Below, piece by piece: positions 24,158-36,511 of a DNA stretch of 40,460 nt. Positions within the stretch are counted from its first letter, which is position 1, and every line of letters begins with the position of its first letter. Location of the stretch: positions 1 through 40,460 of the forward strand of contig ML002338.1 in assembly GCA_003614675.1 (NCBI GenBank), given 5' to 3'. The notes below the pieces were generated by a model. The model was not told the DNA's origin, did no database searches, and saw nothing but the letters and a program-made list of their open reading frames with translations. The position numbers and the translations under genes are program-made. Origin of the DNA: Dimargaris cristalligena (Eukaryota).

Positions 24158-26013
24158 GATAACAAGCGACCATGGAGTAAATTTCCCTCGACGTTTTTGT
24201 TGTACTAGCTTAAAGACTTTTTTTTTGTGGCAAAGTCATACTTTTGTATAACCCTTGAATAACCTATTAATATTTTTCTCTCTCTCAAAATCTGGCTATG
24301 GGCTTTAATATTTGGACGGCATTAGACATGGAGGTTGAAGAAACTGGCAGCCCTGTAACTATTTAAAAAATATATACTCTAATAAAACCAGGCCAAACTG
24401 CCTAAAACTAAACCACTAAATCTAGGGGAATGAATACGAGTCTACTAATTGTATCTTATTATATTATTATAGCTTACTACATCCTTGGTGTGGTTGTAGG
24501 TGGCGAAAAGGTTGGGGGGGTGTCGGTTGGGTAGTTTTATTAACAATAATTGCCTAGATGCATTTACCAAAGGTGTGAGTTTTTGTTTTTTTCTGGACTG
24601 CCAGGCTGCAATGTTCACCAATTATCTATCTATATAAGTACATGTTCACTTGGCAGTCACTAATATGAGCGGGCCCATTGACCCCTTTAGTTTAAACTGC
24701 AACAGAATTTTGCAGGTATTGGACTTGAAACACCCTTAACATGGTACTGGGTCAGACCCCATTCCGACGAACAAATGCTCTCTGGGGATGAGTTAATAGT
24801 AGCCAATCTGAGCTTCACTCCCTCTTTGACGCCCATCGACCGAAATGATGAATTTCTTCCAAACGGATTCAATTTTGTTTTTTTAAAAAAAGAATAACAG
24901 CCATAGGGGGTTGAATGGGTCGTCGATAAGAGGTATGCTGCGTTATTTTATTATAATAAAATAAACTTAATCTACTGATGCTCTTCAAATAGAGGTCGAT
25001 AATATTTGCCGAAAGGCAACCCCAACGTGAGGGGGTGGGTGGGGCGTCAACGGTTGTGGGAGCGAAGGGGACTGATACGGAGCAGTTGAAGGGGAGGAAG
25101 AGGAGGGGGAAGGGGAAGGAAGGGGGTGTCATTCACATTGAAGGAGTACAAGAAGCGCCAGACAGCCATAGGAAGGGAAGAATGTGATACCGGCCGACCA
25201 TTCTAATTATACGCCCCGTCTTCCTCCTTTTTGGTTGGTCTAGCTTTTGCAGCCGGTATCGAACGGGAGATTCAGTGAATAAAAGGTGGCAGGCAGATTG
25301 TCTGCTATTCGTAGACCTCCCCGTCTCTAGGCTAGCCCACTGGCTGAGACTGCAAAAGCCGAAGCGTCGCTATGGAGGCCGGTCGTTCCTTTTGTGCTTA
25401 TATTCGAAGCACTGGGGGAGTTCTGTACGACGCTGTCGAAGGTTCAAAGCCATCGCACCACCAATGATCATATTTTAGTGGGGCTCCTAGAGACCACAGC
25501 TTTGCTTCAGTGGCTATGGGAATAATCGCACTTGGCCAAGTGATGAGCGGACAGGCATAGTTCTGTCCCTTTACGAAAAAAACCTCTTCGAGACCCCCCC
25601 CCCGTTTCAGCTTCCTATACTTATTTACCTTTCAAATCAATCGAATAGGTTTGCCTGATACGGTACGTCTGGCGGGTGCGACGGTACACCATTGAAGAAA
25701 GCCCAGATTTGGGAACAGAGCATAGTCGAAATTGTTGCTGACCTAGAATTAGATGTATATATATATATATATACGGCCATACCTAACCCCAATGATAAAA
25801 ACCAACGTAATAGGTATAATTTACCATTTCCTTCACTATTTGACGTTTTTTTTAAGACCGCTCTTATATTGGTCCAGTTATTTAACGCGGGCGTATCGCC
25901 TATCCCCCAGAACCCGCCACTCATTGATTTAACCTGTTGGCTGCATACCCTGTTCAACTTTGTAAACGTTTCTCTGTTTTCTCTACAACCGTGCATGCTT
26001 ATATTTCTTGACC

Positions 26014-27723
26014 ATGCGCGCGGTAATTGTATTAAGTTTAAGTTGGCTTTCCTTCGTCCATGGAACTGGCGAAGAATTTCGAGGCCAACCTCCTTTTTGG
26101 TTTGACAATTCCGGACCACCTCCTCTTCCTCCTCGAATATCCAGTGTCGAAAGTAGTCAACCGATTGGATACAACCGCCCCAGCCAGGAACAGCAGCACA
26201 ACGGTGAAACTACATCTTACCATGGGAACTCTTATAGCTCCGGACCACCACAACTTCCCCCCCGGCCACTGAGTGCCCAGTATAACCAACAGGCTAATGA
26301 CAACACTGCCTACCAGGGAAAGCAGCACAACGGCCAGACTGCACCAAACCAAGGGCATTTTTATAACTCCGGGCCACCACAAGTTCCGCCTCAAACACAG
26401 AGTACCCATTATAATCAACAGACTAATTATAAAGGTGCCTACCAGGAACAGCAAAACTACGGTCAGACTATGCCTCTACAAGGGCAAAATAACCTTGGTC
26501 CGCAAACTCTTCCCCCTCAAGCGTCGGGTGCCCAGTATAACCAACTGGTTGATATCAGCAACGCCTACAAGGGACAACAAAACTACGGCCATACTGTATC
26601 CAACCAAGGGTATTATTCCAACTTCAGACCACCTCAAGCTCCCCCTCAAGCATCGGGCGCCCAGTATAACCAACGGGTTGATTATAACGGCGCCTACCAG
26701 GTCCAGCAGCAAAATCCCCAAAATCCGCCAAGCCAAGGCCATAATAACTTCGGGCCACAATATTTTCCCTCTCAAATGCCGAGTGTCCCAGCTAACCAAA
26801 TACCCCCTAAAACCGCCCACCAGGCCCAGCAGCAAAATATTCAAATTCCGCCAAACCAAGGCCATAATACCCTCGGGCCACAATATTTTCCCTCTCAAAT
26901 GCCGAGTGTCCCAGCTAATCAAATACCTCCTAAAACCGCCTACCATGTCCAGCAGCAAAATCCCCAAAATCCGCCAAATCAAGGAAATAATTCGCCTAAG
27001 CCCCAACCTCTTCCCCATCAAGCACCGAGCGTCCCAGCTAATCAAATGCCTTCTAAAAACGCCTACCAGGGACAGCAGAATAATGGCCAAATTACATCAG
27101 ACCAAGTGTATTTACCGCGCCCCCAGGAACCGAATGTACCAACTGTTGGTTCTACAACGGCCACCAGCGCCGCCACCGGTCCTTCCCAATTGAAAATCAC
27201 TCCCGCGAGTGACTCGGGGTACTCAATTAATTATGATCCCAACCAGTTGCCCAAGGGCATCTGCGAAATTATCATGAATCTGGACCAGTACCTGCCTGCT
27301 ACGACAGCGGATCCGACCCAAACGTCTAGGAAAAACCCCTGGTGGAATACCGGGCTCACGAAATGGAAGGGTATCCAATATACCCTAAGTGATCTCAAAC
27401 CCTGGGACCCCAGCGATGATAAGATCAGGGAGCGGGCCCGAGCCATTATGGCGGCGTTCGTCAACGGGGAAGACCACCCCAACCTCACGCGGGCTTCGAT
27501 AGTGTTGTCTTGGGATCAATACAAATATGTGAAGTTCTTACAGGATCCCCAAGCGCGACGCATCCGGCTACAGACCCCGGCCGCCGAAGAATTGTTTGGC
27601 ATTAAAAAGGGAGACCAAGCCGGGGCTGTCACCCTGCTCAAACTTAGGTACAATAACCCGGTGGATGAGAAAATGTACGAACTATTCAGATACTGCAATT
27701 CGGGATTGGAACCTTGGAAATAG
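26014..27723 (+). CDS. Secreted protein, array member D (569 aa): signal peptide, two PxLPPR motifs, Q/N/P/Y-rich repeats, Cys-bracketed domain
   Basis: ATG at 26014 in ACCATG context; the ORF track starts at an upstream TTG. Leader MRAVIVLSLSWLSFVHG. Domain ICEIIM...RARAIMAAF...YKYV...LLKLRY...DEKMYELFRYCN. Confidence 0.88.
   Translation: MRAVIVLSLSWLSFVHGTGEEFRGQPPFWFDNSGPPPLPPRISSVESSQPIGYNRPSQEQQHNGETTSYHGNSYSSGPPQLPPRPLSAQYNQQANDNTAYQGKQHNGQTAPNQGHFYNSGPPQVPPQTQSTHYNQQTNYKGAYQEQQNYGQTMPLQGQNNLGPQTLPPQASGAQYNQLVDISNAYKGQQNYGHTVSNQGYYSNFRPPQAPPQASGAQYNQRVDYNGAYQVQQQNPQNPPSQGHNNFGPQYFPSQMPSVPANQIPPKTAHQAQQQNIQIPPNQGHNTLGPQYFPSQMPSVPANQIPPKTAYHVQQQNPQNPPNQGNNSPKPQPLPHQAPSVPANQMPSKNAYQGQQNNGQITSDQVYLPRPQEPNVPTVGSTTATSAATGPSQLKITPASDSGYSINYDPNQLPKGICEIIMNLDQYLPATTADPTQTSRKNPWWNTGLTKWKGIQYTLSDLKPWDPSDDKIRERARAIMAAFVNGEDHPNLTRASIVLSWDQYKYVKFLQDPQARRIRLQTPAAEELFGIKKGDQAGAVTLLKLRYNNPVDEKMYELFRYCNSGLEPWK
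26191..27090 (+). repeat. About seven coding tandem repeats of 123-129 bp (41-43 aa)
   Basis: CCAGCAGCAAAAT recurs at 26703, 26826 and 26949 (period 123). CAGCACAACGG recurs at 26194 and 26323 (period 129). GPQYFPSQMPSVPANQIPPKTA is repeated exactly twice. Confidence 0.9.
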
Positions 27724-29091
27724 CAGGCATAATTATCAAGTTCAGCGGCTCTGGAGGTTCGCTGCGCGCGCGCGCGTGTTTATTTTTCTTTTAAATTTAT
27801 AAATATATCAAAAACTATGGTTGTAAGTTTAACCGACTAAATTTGCTAAATGTCTGAGTTTTTACTCATTTATTTGGTTAACGCATGTGCCTATTAGATA
27901 GTTGAACGGCATTTGCCAGATATAAATTACCGTTTACCAATAAAATAAAAATAAAAATAAAAACCTCCTCCACTCACTAAGTGCGGGTTGCTTGACCAGA
28001 AATAAGAGGGAGAGGTTGCCCCTGGCAAAATCGTTTTGAAGGGTATTTTCTATTGGGCGTGCTTATGAAGGCTGCTTCAACATAGAGAGAGCCCCACATG
28101 GCATTCGATAATTTCACTTTGAAAATGAGGGCAATCGGTGCGCCCCAAACAATGGGTGGATAGGCCAAAAACCTTTGGTGGTTTGTCCATGTTCGATGAA
28201 TGGTACACACCTAGTAGCGGATTAGTATACCCAAAATAGCTTTCGGGCAACTTCGGGGAATTAGTTGTACAAGAGAGGCAGAGCAGCTAAGCCAGCAGCT
28301 AGCTCCAACAGCGAAGAACAAACATCGAGGGAGGAAAACCACCGAAATGGGAGATTTTTTTCATCTCAAATCTTCCAAGATAAGCCAGAGGGTATTGAAA
28401 ATAATGGTGGCCTCACTTGTAATATAGCTTTTTTAATTATAAACGCATCATAAGCCAGACAACAAAAGATCCTTAGACGGAACGGTAGACTGTCCCCGTT
28501 GTTCGTAATAATTAAATGTTTGAATATGTCCACAGGCTCAATTAGTGGGCGGTAATGTAGCGGCGCCCTAAATGCTATTTTATTTAGCCTAAGGTTGGGC
28601 CGATGGTTGTATTTCAAGCCAACAGTAGGTTATATGGGGGTTGTGGAGGAGGGGAGAATATTATGCATTAGGGTTGCGAATATGGTTTTGGGCAGAAATA
28701 AAATGAGGACAAGTCGAGGGCACAGACTATTACAGATGGTAGGAAAAATGGAAGCGTGGCAAAAGAGATACCATATCTACAAACGGAACGCATACTGCAA
28801 GCAAAAGAAATGAAATGAAATGAAAATGACTCGGTACTTAGTGATTAAGAAATAGTGGAGATATTTAAAGCAAGCGGAATATATATATATATATGTATAT
28901 AGGTTGGGCGGGAGGGTGGACAGGAGGGCGCTATGTTAGTAAAAATCATTTCCCTGGGGTATAAATCCAGGAAAGACAGTCGCGTCCCACGTTTGTTGGC
29001 ATCTTCGATAACTCGCACCCTCAATCTTCCCCCCAATGAGAATCAGGCAGACCCCTCCTCCTCCTACAATACTATTCCGTAACGAATCGAT

Positions 29092-31230
29092 CTAACGACG
29101 GGCAATCTGGCCGGATTTGTCCAGAGCCATCAAACTACCAATGAAGGTGAGAATCATCTTGGGCTTCACTTCAACAATATCCTCGGGCAACAGGAAGATG
29201 GTGGCGCCGAGCTTACGGGCCACGGAAATGGCGTACTTGGCATTCAACTTGGCATCCTCTTCGCTTACCCCGCGGGTCAGCATGCTATAATCCACCACTC
29301 CGGGCTGGAGGCCATTGAGGACGTCGGCGAGGAAAAGGCCGCTGCGGAGCGAAGGGTCTTTGAAGCTGGTAATCGATCCGGAGGACTGGTTGGAGGCCGC
29401 GTTACGGCGCACGCATTCGTTGGCCCATTTCACCATGTCCTGGTCCGTAACCTCGCGACCGTTTTTGCTAAGCGACTTGAGGGTCTGCACCACGTGGGCC
29501 CGCATAAGCTGCCAGACCAGGGCCAGAATCAAAGTAGGCACCCCATCGGTAATATCGGCACCCTGGATACCCACCAGTGAGAAGCGCTGGTCCTTGCCGA
29601 GATCAACTACGTAGTTGGTGTTCTCCACCTGCTTAAACCGACTGGTGCTCGCGTTCTTGTTGACCCGGCGCCAGTTAACAGTACCCGGATGCACCTTATC
29701 GAAGGCCTGCAGCAGGGGCAGCCCGTCCTTGAGGTCCTCAAACAGGTTGTTGACGAAGGGGTCTACCCCCAAACTGTTGAGCCACAGGGCGAAGGCCCGG
29801 GCCTCGCGCTCGTGGGTGTTGTTGAAGAGCAACTCATCCAGCTCGGCCTTTTCGGCCCCTTCGGCCAGGGGTTCTAGACCGGGGTGGGTGTTGAACAGGT
29901 GGGCCACAAAGGCCAGGTTGAGCTTAGGGTTTCCGTTCACCAGGGTCTTGGGAGACAGGTAGCGGCGGCAACCGATCTTGTCCGCGTTTTGCAGGACCTG
30001 TTCAGCGCGGCGGTAGAGGTCAGACTCCTGCAGGGGCGCCCGTGAACATTGGGAGGGCACCAGCTGGTTAAGCAGTACCGTGTAGTTTTCACCATCCTTG
30101 ACATCGGTGCTGAAGTTGCTGACCCGACGGTTCCAGTTGGCCGCCTTGAGATGGTAGTTGAACCAGCGCAGCAGAATGGCATCGGCGGGAAGCTTGAGGA
30201 ACTGCTCCAGGGTTTCGTCCTCCTCCAACAGGCGGTATAGCTCTGGGTGGAGTTTGATGTCAATCTTGGCCAGGAGCCCAATCTTGATAATCTGCCAAAT
30301 GAGGCCCAGGATCAGGTGTTCCCGTCCTTCGATCAGATCCTGGGACCCGATGTTGACGACGCTGCAGCCGATGGCCTTGGCGGAGTTGACCACCAGGTTG
30401 TTATTCTCAATGATTTGGAAGGGGCTGAGTTTCTTGCCGCGATTCAGCACCCGCTCGTCGATGGTCCCGGGGACGGCGTGGTTAATCAACTTGGAGAGCA
30501 GTAAACCATCCCGGCACTCGTCAAAGACCTGCATGGTGTTTTCGTCAATCGGCATGCGGGACCCAATGTCCTTATCGCCAGCCAGAGTCTGGTTGATATG
30601 GATGACAAATTCGGCTTTTTCATCCTCGTTCATAGAGTGCGCGGTGTTGGTGTTGGAGCCCATCACGGTGATTGTTTTCTTGTTGTGGAGGCCGGCAAAG
30701 GTGTTTTCGGCTTTGGCGACATTGGAGCGCAGGTTGGCGACAATCTATACGGTCGGCAAGCAGAGAAGGTGATCGGTGGGTAAAACGGGACGGGAATAAT
30801 AACCGGTGATGAATACACACATCCACACCATGGCAGTGTCAGAGGACAGAATTATCCGCAATAACTGATTCTAAAGGACTAAACAAGCGAGTAGTGGCTA
30901 CTACCACCAGTTGATACGAAATGATACGGGAGCGCTACACCATATTCAGGGTACGACTCCATGAAAGGGTTGGTTACTTACCTCAACAAACTCCTCAACC
31001 TCGACCCCACGGGCGGAATTAAGATTAATGTCCCGGATGGCGGTACGAATCTGATCGTAGTCCTTGTCCTTTTCCACCTTCTGACAGGCCTTGACCAGGT
31101 CGCGCTGGTCCAAGGCACCGTTCTGGTCCAGGTGGAAGGAGTTGAACTCCTGGACAAGAGCTTCAATGTCCCAAGGCTTCAACTTGGGGTACTTGCGGGA
31201 GATGCGCTGGATATCGGCTTGGGAACTCAT
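29092..31230 (-). CDS. SAC6: Fimbrin/plastin actin-bundling protein, 2 exons (31230-30982, 30744-29092), 633 aa
   Basis: N-terminal EF-hand-like headpiece plus four CH domains (DGLLLSKLINHAVPGTIDERVLN, LILGLIWQII, ILLRWFNYHL, ARKLGATIFLLPEDIVEV). Phase-0 intron 30981-30745 (GTAAGT...TAG) joins EEFVE|IVANL in frame. Confidence 0.96.
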
Positions 31231-32998
31231 GGCGAGAAATGGAGACGGTAAATTACAGGGCGGACACGGAGCGCAAAGGACGTCGACTTGGACGAGGGTG
31301 TGAATGGAAAGGACTGTGATACAAAGAAACGGGCAGGTGGGTGATTAATAATGAAATATAAATCAGGTCGTTGTTGGAGGGACGGAGGAAGGTTGAGCCA
31401 GATGAATAACAAGAGGGGGTTAGTAGTGTTATAGGGAGAAGGCAGAGGGAGGGAATTAGGCTTTCTCACGAATGCGTTGCGTAATGGGTTCCAGGCCAGT
31501 TGCTACTAAGGCAGTTGGGTAGTAGGTGTAGGGTCACCACCTCTTTCAGGAGTGGGGTTGAAACCCGGACCGGACACCAGGCGGCCAGAACTGAGCAACA
31601 CAGCCCTGGTGGGGCTGGGGGTTTCAGAATGGGCGGAAATTCCCTTCAGGACTCTTTTTCTTTGCATTAACGCAAAGAGTTCCGGCAGTGCTTTTAGGGA
31701 AGCACTAACTATGAACTGTGGGCACTGGTGGCGGAGCGATAGGAGAAATATCTGGTATAAAGCTGACCTACGGCAATAGTTTAAGGGCAGAGACTGCAGT
31801 TTTTTAAAGACCACTATTGGGGCACAAATGAACTGAACAAAACAAATGAGAAACAGGGAAAAGTTAAAGAAAGATAGGCGACGTTTTATAGTAGAAAGGT
31901 GTGGATATATGCGAACAATAGGATACAGCAGGAAGAGGGGGGGGGTTGGCCAATAAGTAGTGTAATATAGTTTTATAAGTAAGCAGTAGTAATAAGTAAT
32001 GGAATGGAATAATGGGTGGCCTGAAGTTCTAGGACAATCTATGAAAGATATATGCTGGTACAATGGGTATGCCGGCCGTCCCTTACACCTCAACCCCACC
32101 TACGTCAGCCAGCACAACCAGCCTACTGGATCAGCTGTCAGTGGATAAGAGAGGTTTGGTATATGCACAGGTCAGGCAAAATAGCCTGCGGCTGAAGAAG
32201 AATCGCAGAGCCAATAGGGAAAAACTGGTCAGGTAGGGCGATGAAAATGGCACTAGGGTCACCTGGGCCTGCTGTTTGCTTGGCCTATCGAAGATTCCAT
32301 TCTTACAGCCTGTATTAGTGGGGAGATAGTTAGTGCCAACCCTCTCCCCAACGCTGAAAGGTTCAACTGCCAAGCAAAATATCCGCTGCGTCTTGGCGTG
32401 GGGCATGGGAAGAGAGGGTATGGAATGGAATGGGACTTGGCACAGTTTAAGTAAGTTAAGTTGCTGGCTAAAGGTATAAAAACTACGAGTGGTCAAGGAA
32501 ATATATAATACAGGTCAGCTATTAACCCAAGGAATGCCTCAGTAAACTAATACCCCGCTGTATTCCATGCGAGCCAGCCAGATAGTAGTAATAGTACCCA
32601 AGGAGAAGAGGTCCAGTGGCCAATTAAACTGGTCGCATTAAATCGATTATGCGCTATATACAATTTTAAGAATAACAACCATTACCCTCTATTTAGAGAG
32701 GTTTATGGAATTTCACCTACACGTATTTAGTTGGCCTGAGGCCCTGAGCCAAGTGCCCCCCCCTCCTCCTAATATGTAGGCGTGCTAAATGGAGGACGGT
32801 AAGCTCATTTACCCATGAACCGGCTAACTATCCCCGCCCTGTCGCCTATTTGTGTGGTCTTGGGCTGTATATAGTTGGCCCATATTTTCTGCGGTTTTAC
32901 TATTCACACCTGGTGGTAGCGCTATCCTTAGAATCCACCCTAATTTTTCTCCCTTCCCGATCTCTTCCATTCCACCCCCTCCTCCGAACTAACAAACG

Positions 32999-34804
32999 AT
33001 GAGTAACGATCAGAAGTCGTCCATATTCCTGGGCATGTGGGTAAGTGGCCCCATGTGGAAATGAAGAGCCGAAAGAGACAGGACTGCCTTCACTTGGCCT
33101 CATTAGGTGCCGATTTACAACATCTCTAGTATACTATACCACATCCACCTAATGGAACGAGGCTTTCGAGACTGCTGAGAGTTATCTTACCGATAGTAAT
33201 ACCCCCATTAACTAACTAACCCTACACCTCCACGGTAACTATGTCCCATATGGCTGGCCCACGCTAATAAAAACAGGACTTTGACCACTGCGACCCCAAA
33301 AGATGTTCCGGGCGACGACTTGCGCGGCTCGGCATCGTCAAAGAACTTAAGGTTACCCAACCCTTCCGGGGCATTGTCCTTAGGTAAGGCCGCGCCGTAT
33401 TATATACATCTCCCGGCTGGGTTTACGGGCAGGAAGGGTTAAGTTTTCATGAACACGGGGGGCTCTATTCCGAATCCCGATTACCATACTATTTATATCC
33501 CTCTCTACTAACCATGTATTCGCCTTCTACGGTCTTAAAAAAATATTCTAACCTTGGGGTATCCCTTCCACCTTAGCCCAATCGGAACCCAGGCGGTGTC
33601 ACCAGCTGACCTCGAAATTGTGAAAAAACACGGCATGGCTGTCGTCGACTGTTCATGGGCCCGCGTTGATGAAGTACCATTCAACAAAATGAAAATCAAG
33701 AACCATCGTCTCTGTAAGTAATCCACGGGTAGAAATACTATTTTCTGGAACTTAGTTATGGCCCAATAGCTCGATCATATGGTCCACCCACGGTCGTCTT
33801 ACTACTTCAGCCACCTCACCCTATCCCTACAAAAACCAATTCCAATATAACTTACGCCCCTCTTACTTAAATCATGCCATCGTACTCCAGTGCCATTCCT
33901 CGTGGCGGCAAATCCGGTCAATTACGGTCGGCCACTACGTCTAAATTGCGCCGAAGCCCTGGCTGCTTGTTTTTATATTCTAAATATGAAGGCGGAGGGC
34001 GACCTTCTAATGGATAGGTTTACTTGGGGCCCTTCGTTCTACCGTGTTAACAAGTAAGTCATCAGAAGCAGCCGATTTCTTTAAATTTTGAGTCGTTTGA
34101 CTATGACAACCGACGACTTACCAACCCACAAATGGTCCAAAATCATTAGGTTCTCTAATTGTAATTTATCTATACATTTTTTTAACATGTTCTTTGATTG
34201 AACCACCAAGGTCCATTTTCCCTCAGTATGCCCAATGCACCGATTCCACTGGGATCGTCGAGGTTCAAACTGCATTTTTGGCCAAATCTGAGGAGTCCAA
34301 CCAAGAGCGGCGCCAATCAAGCCGTCGTCAAGTCAAAGGTAAATACAGGTTATACTTTTCAAATGGAGGATCCGTGTTTAACCGCTGGGCCTTTAACCTG
34401 TGTATCCTAACCATTATTTTTTTGTTTGGTAATATAATAATCTCCTTTCTCTATGTATCGGGTCAGATAACGAGGACTTCGGCGATGACTCCGATGAAGA
34501 TTCCGACGATTCGTTGTTTAGAAACCCCAACCACGACCACGATGATTCAGACGAGGACGATAGCGAAGAAACCGATTCCAAATATGATAGTGAGGAGGAG
34601 ACCAGCGAAGAAGATGCCACCGATGATGAAGGTGAAGACGATGATGAAAGCGAGGAGGCGAGTAATGCGGTATCTCATGACGGACAAACCGCTCAACCAC
34701 CACCTGCGCAAGGAACTCAAAAGAAGCTTGACTCATCCGCTGCCGAAAGTAATGAGCATCCCCTTGTCGAAGCCCTAGCCAAGGCTACCTTGACCGATAA
34801 ATAA
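32999..34804 (+). CDS. TSR3: 18S rRNA aminocarboxypropyltransferase Tsr3, 6 exons (32999-33040, 33277-33383, 33577-33713, 33891-34053, 34211-34338, 34467-34804), 304 aa
   Basis: Spliced translation gives [21 protein letters not shown] and [28 protein letters not shown], then an acidic tail with RNPNH. All introns are GT-AG and exon lengths sum to 915 nt in frame. Largely missed by the ORF track. Confidence 0.94.
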
Positions 34805-36511
34805 ATGGGTCGATTAGTAGTCACTGGGGGATTAAACCGATAATAAATACTCTCCTGGGGGCAACTTCAGACCAATCGTTTAGTCTCGCCAGATGTGTTC
34901 TAACAATTAGGATGGCAGTTAATTCAGTTATGATTATACCTGACTAACCCGAGAGTAGGTTAATGTAACTTTGAGCTGCCTCCGGATCCCCCATAATGTT
35001 AGAGCCGGGATTTTAAACCCCCCACCAATAATTTCTTTATCTGGCGCGGGTTTCCATAAGGGCACTTGGGCACAGTGATATAACATGTGCTTCGCTAGTT
35101 TAAAATGAAATGAAACTCCCATATGCCTCTTGGGAACACAGCCATCTTGGATTTGCGACAGATTTGCCCATGTATCACCTGAATTGGAGTTGGCAATCGC
35201 ACTGGAGGGTGGTGGTGGACTCCCATATTTGGCCTCATTTCCTTATGGTCGGGATTTAGCCAACAATAACTGGAACTAGCGTTTCTTTATTTCTTCCCCA
35301 ATTTCCTGCCTTATTCCATTGCATTTTGAATTTTTGAACCCAGACTCAGTGACAATAAAATAGCCCACCTAAGCCTACTGACCACGCGGGCTTTATTCTC
35401 TACCTCCCCTTGTCTATCAAGGGGCGGATTTGCCGGGCAGCATCGGCTGGCGGGGGAACAATGCCAAGGTGGTTGTCCAGCTGCTTATCAATATTGTCGG
35501 CGGAACAAACCACATTGCATTGGTCATCTCGTGGACAGTTCACGCATAACTACAATAGGCGATATAACAGGTCCCCCCCAGCATCTTACCGACGCTTGCA
35601 AACCTCCCCAAAATGGACCATTTTTAAAATCGCCAATTTTTGGTCCAGTCAAATTGGCGGAGACCCGTATCCACATGTAAAAGCGAACCATATCATATAT
35701 TCGATCCAAAGCAAAGAATTGGGACATTACCCAAACTGTAGAGTGGTCCATTTCAACCATGTACATCTCGGATTTGCGGCAGTTATTAACTATGCAAAAG
35801 TATAATTTTTTCTCTGTATTTCACAACTGAATGTGAGCGGGGACCCTCCCCCTCAAACTCCTAGTTCTATTTATCTAGCTGGGGGAAGAGTGTCGGGAGC
35901 CCCATTTAGGGCACTATCCTTTCTTTTTCTTAGCTTTACTGAACCCACTGCCTCACTTTGACGGCATTTTTAGTGCTCACTGTACACTAAGGGTGGTTCC
36001 CAAAGGTTAAGACCAGGTCGCTTATATTCTCAGGCATTCAAAGCCACCCAAGTAGATCAACCTCGTCGATCCGACCAGGCATACCCAAGGATAGTCGGCG
36101 ACTTACCTAGGTGCATGCTAGTTTTATTTTTATAAGCCCAAGGTCATCCGACGATAAGTCATCCCCAATATATTTGAATCGGAGTCTTGGTACTCCTCAG
36201 ATAAACATCATTTCAACATTATACCCGGGCAATCATATAGCAGTATATATACCACTGTTCTTCTCCCAACTCTTTGACTAGGTATTGTATTTTGGATTTT
36301 TCCCTTATTTACGTAACCATCACATTGTCGCAGCGTTATAATTCATCAGTATTCACACTAGTATTTTTGCCAAACCAAATTAAACCTGCGGGGTACACTG
36401 TAAACAAATTATCTTTCTTGGCATACCTTTACAACCCTATATCCGAACGGCATCCATCACGTTTCCCGATAACCCTTGTGGTAGCCAGACGCTCCCCATA
36501 CACCTTATAAA

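Larger units (their letters stand above)
21602..24394 (+). repeat. Tandem duplication unit 2 (upstream region, gene C, 3' flank)
   Basis: Direct-orientation homolog of about 18700-21601, offset about 2.8 kb. Confidence 0.85.

Noticed and set aside
26273-27193. 306-aa alternative-frame ORF and 204-aa antisense ORF inside gene D
   Set aside because: Shadow ORFs produced by the repetitive, codon-biased tract; non-ATG start and no domain.
29315-30772. Long antisense ORFs over fimbrin, and similar ones over the bZIP and RING genes
   Set aside because: Expected by-product of GC3-rich codon usage on the real strand.
27724-31230. Functional link between fimbrin (actin patch protein) and the adjacent endocytic-motif array
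   Set aside because: Adjacency alone is not evidence in eukaryotes. The fimbrin looks like an ordinary housekeeping ortholog without a signal peptide.
31506-32496. 197-aa and 121-aa minus-strand ORFs between fimbrin and TSR3
   Set aside because: Low-complexity F/L/Y-rich translations of divergent promoter DNA with non-ATG starts and no motifs.
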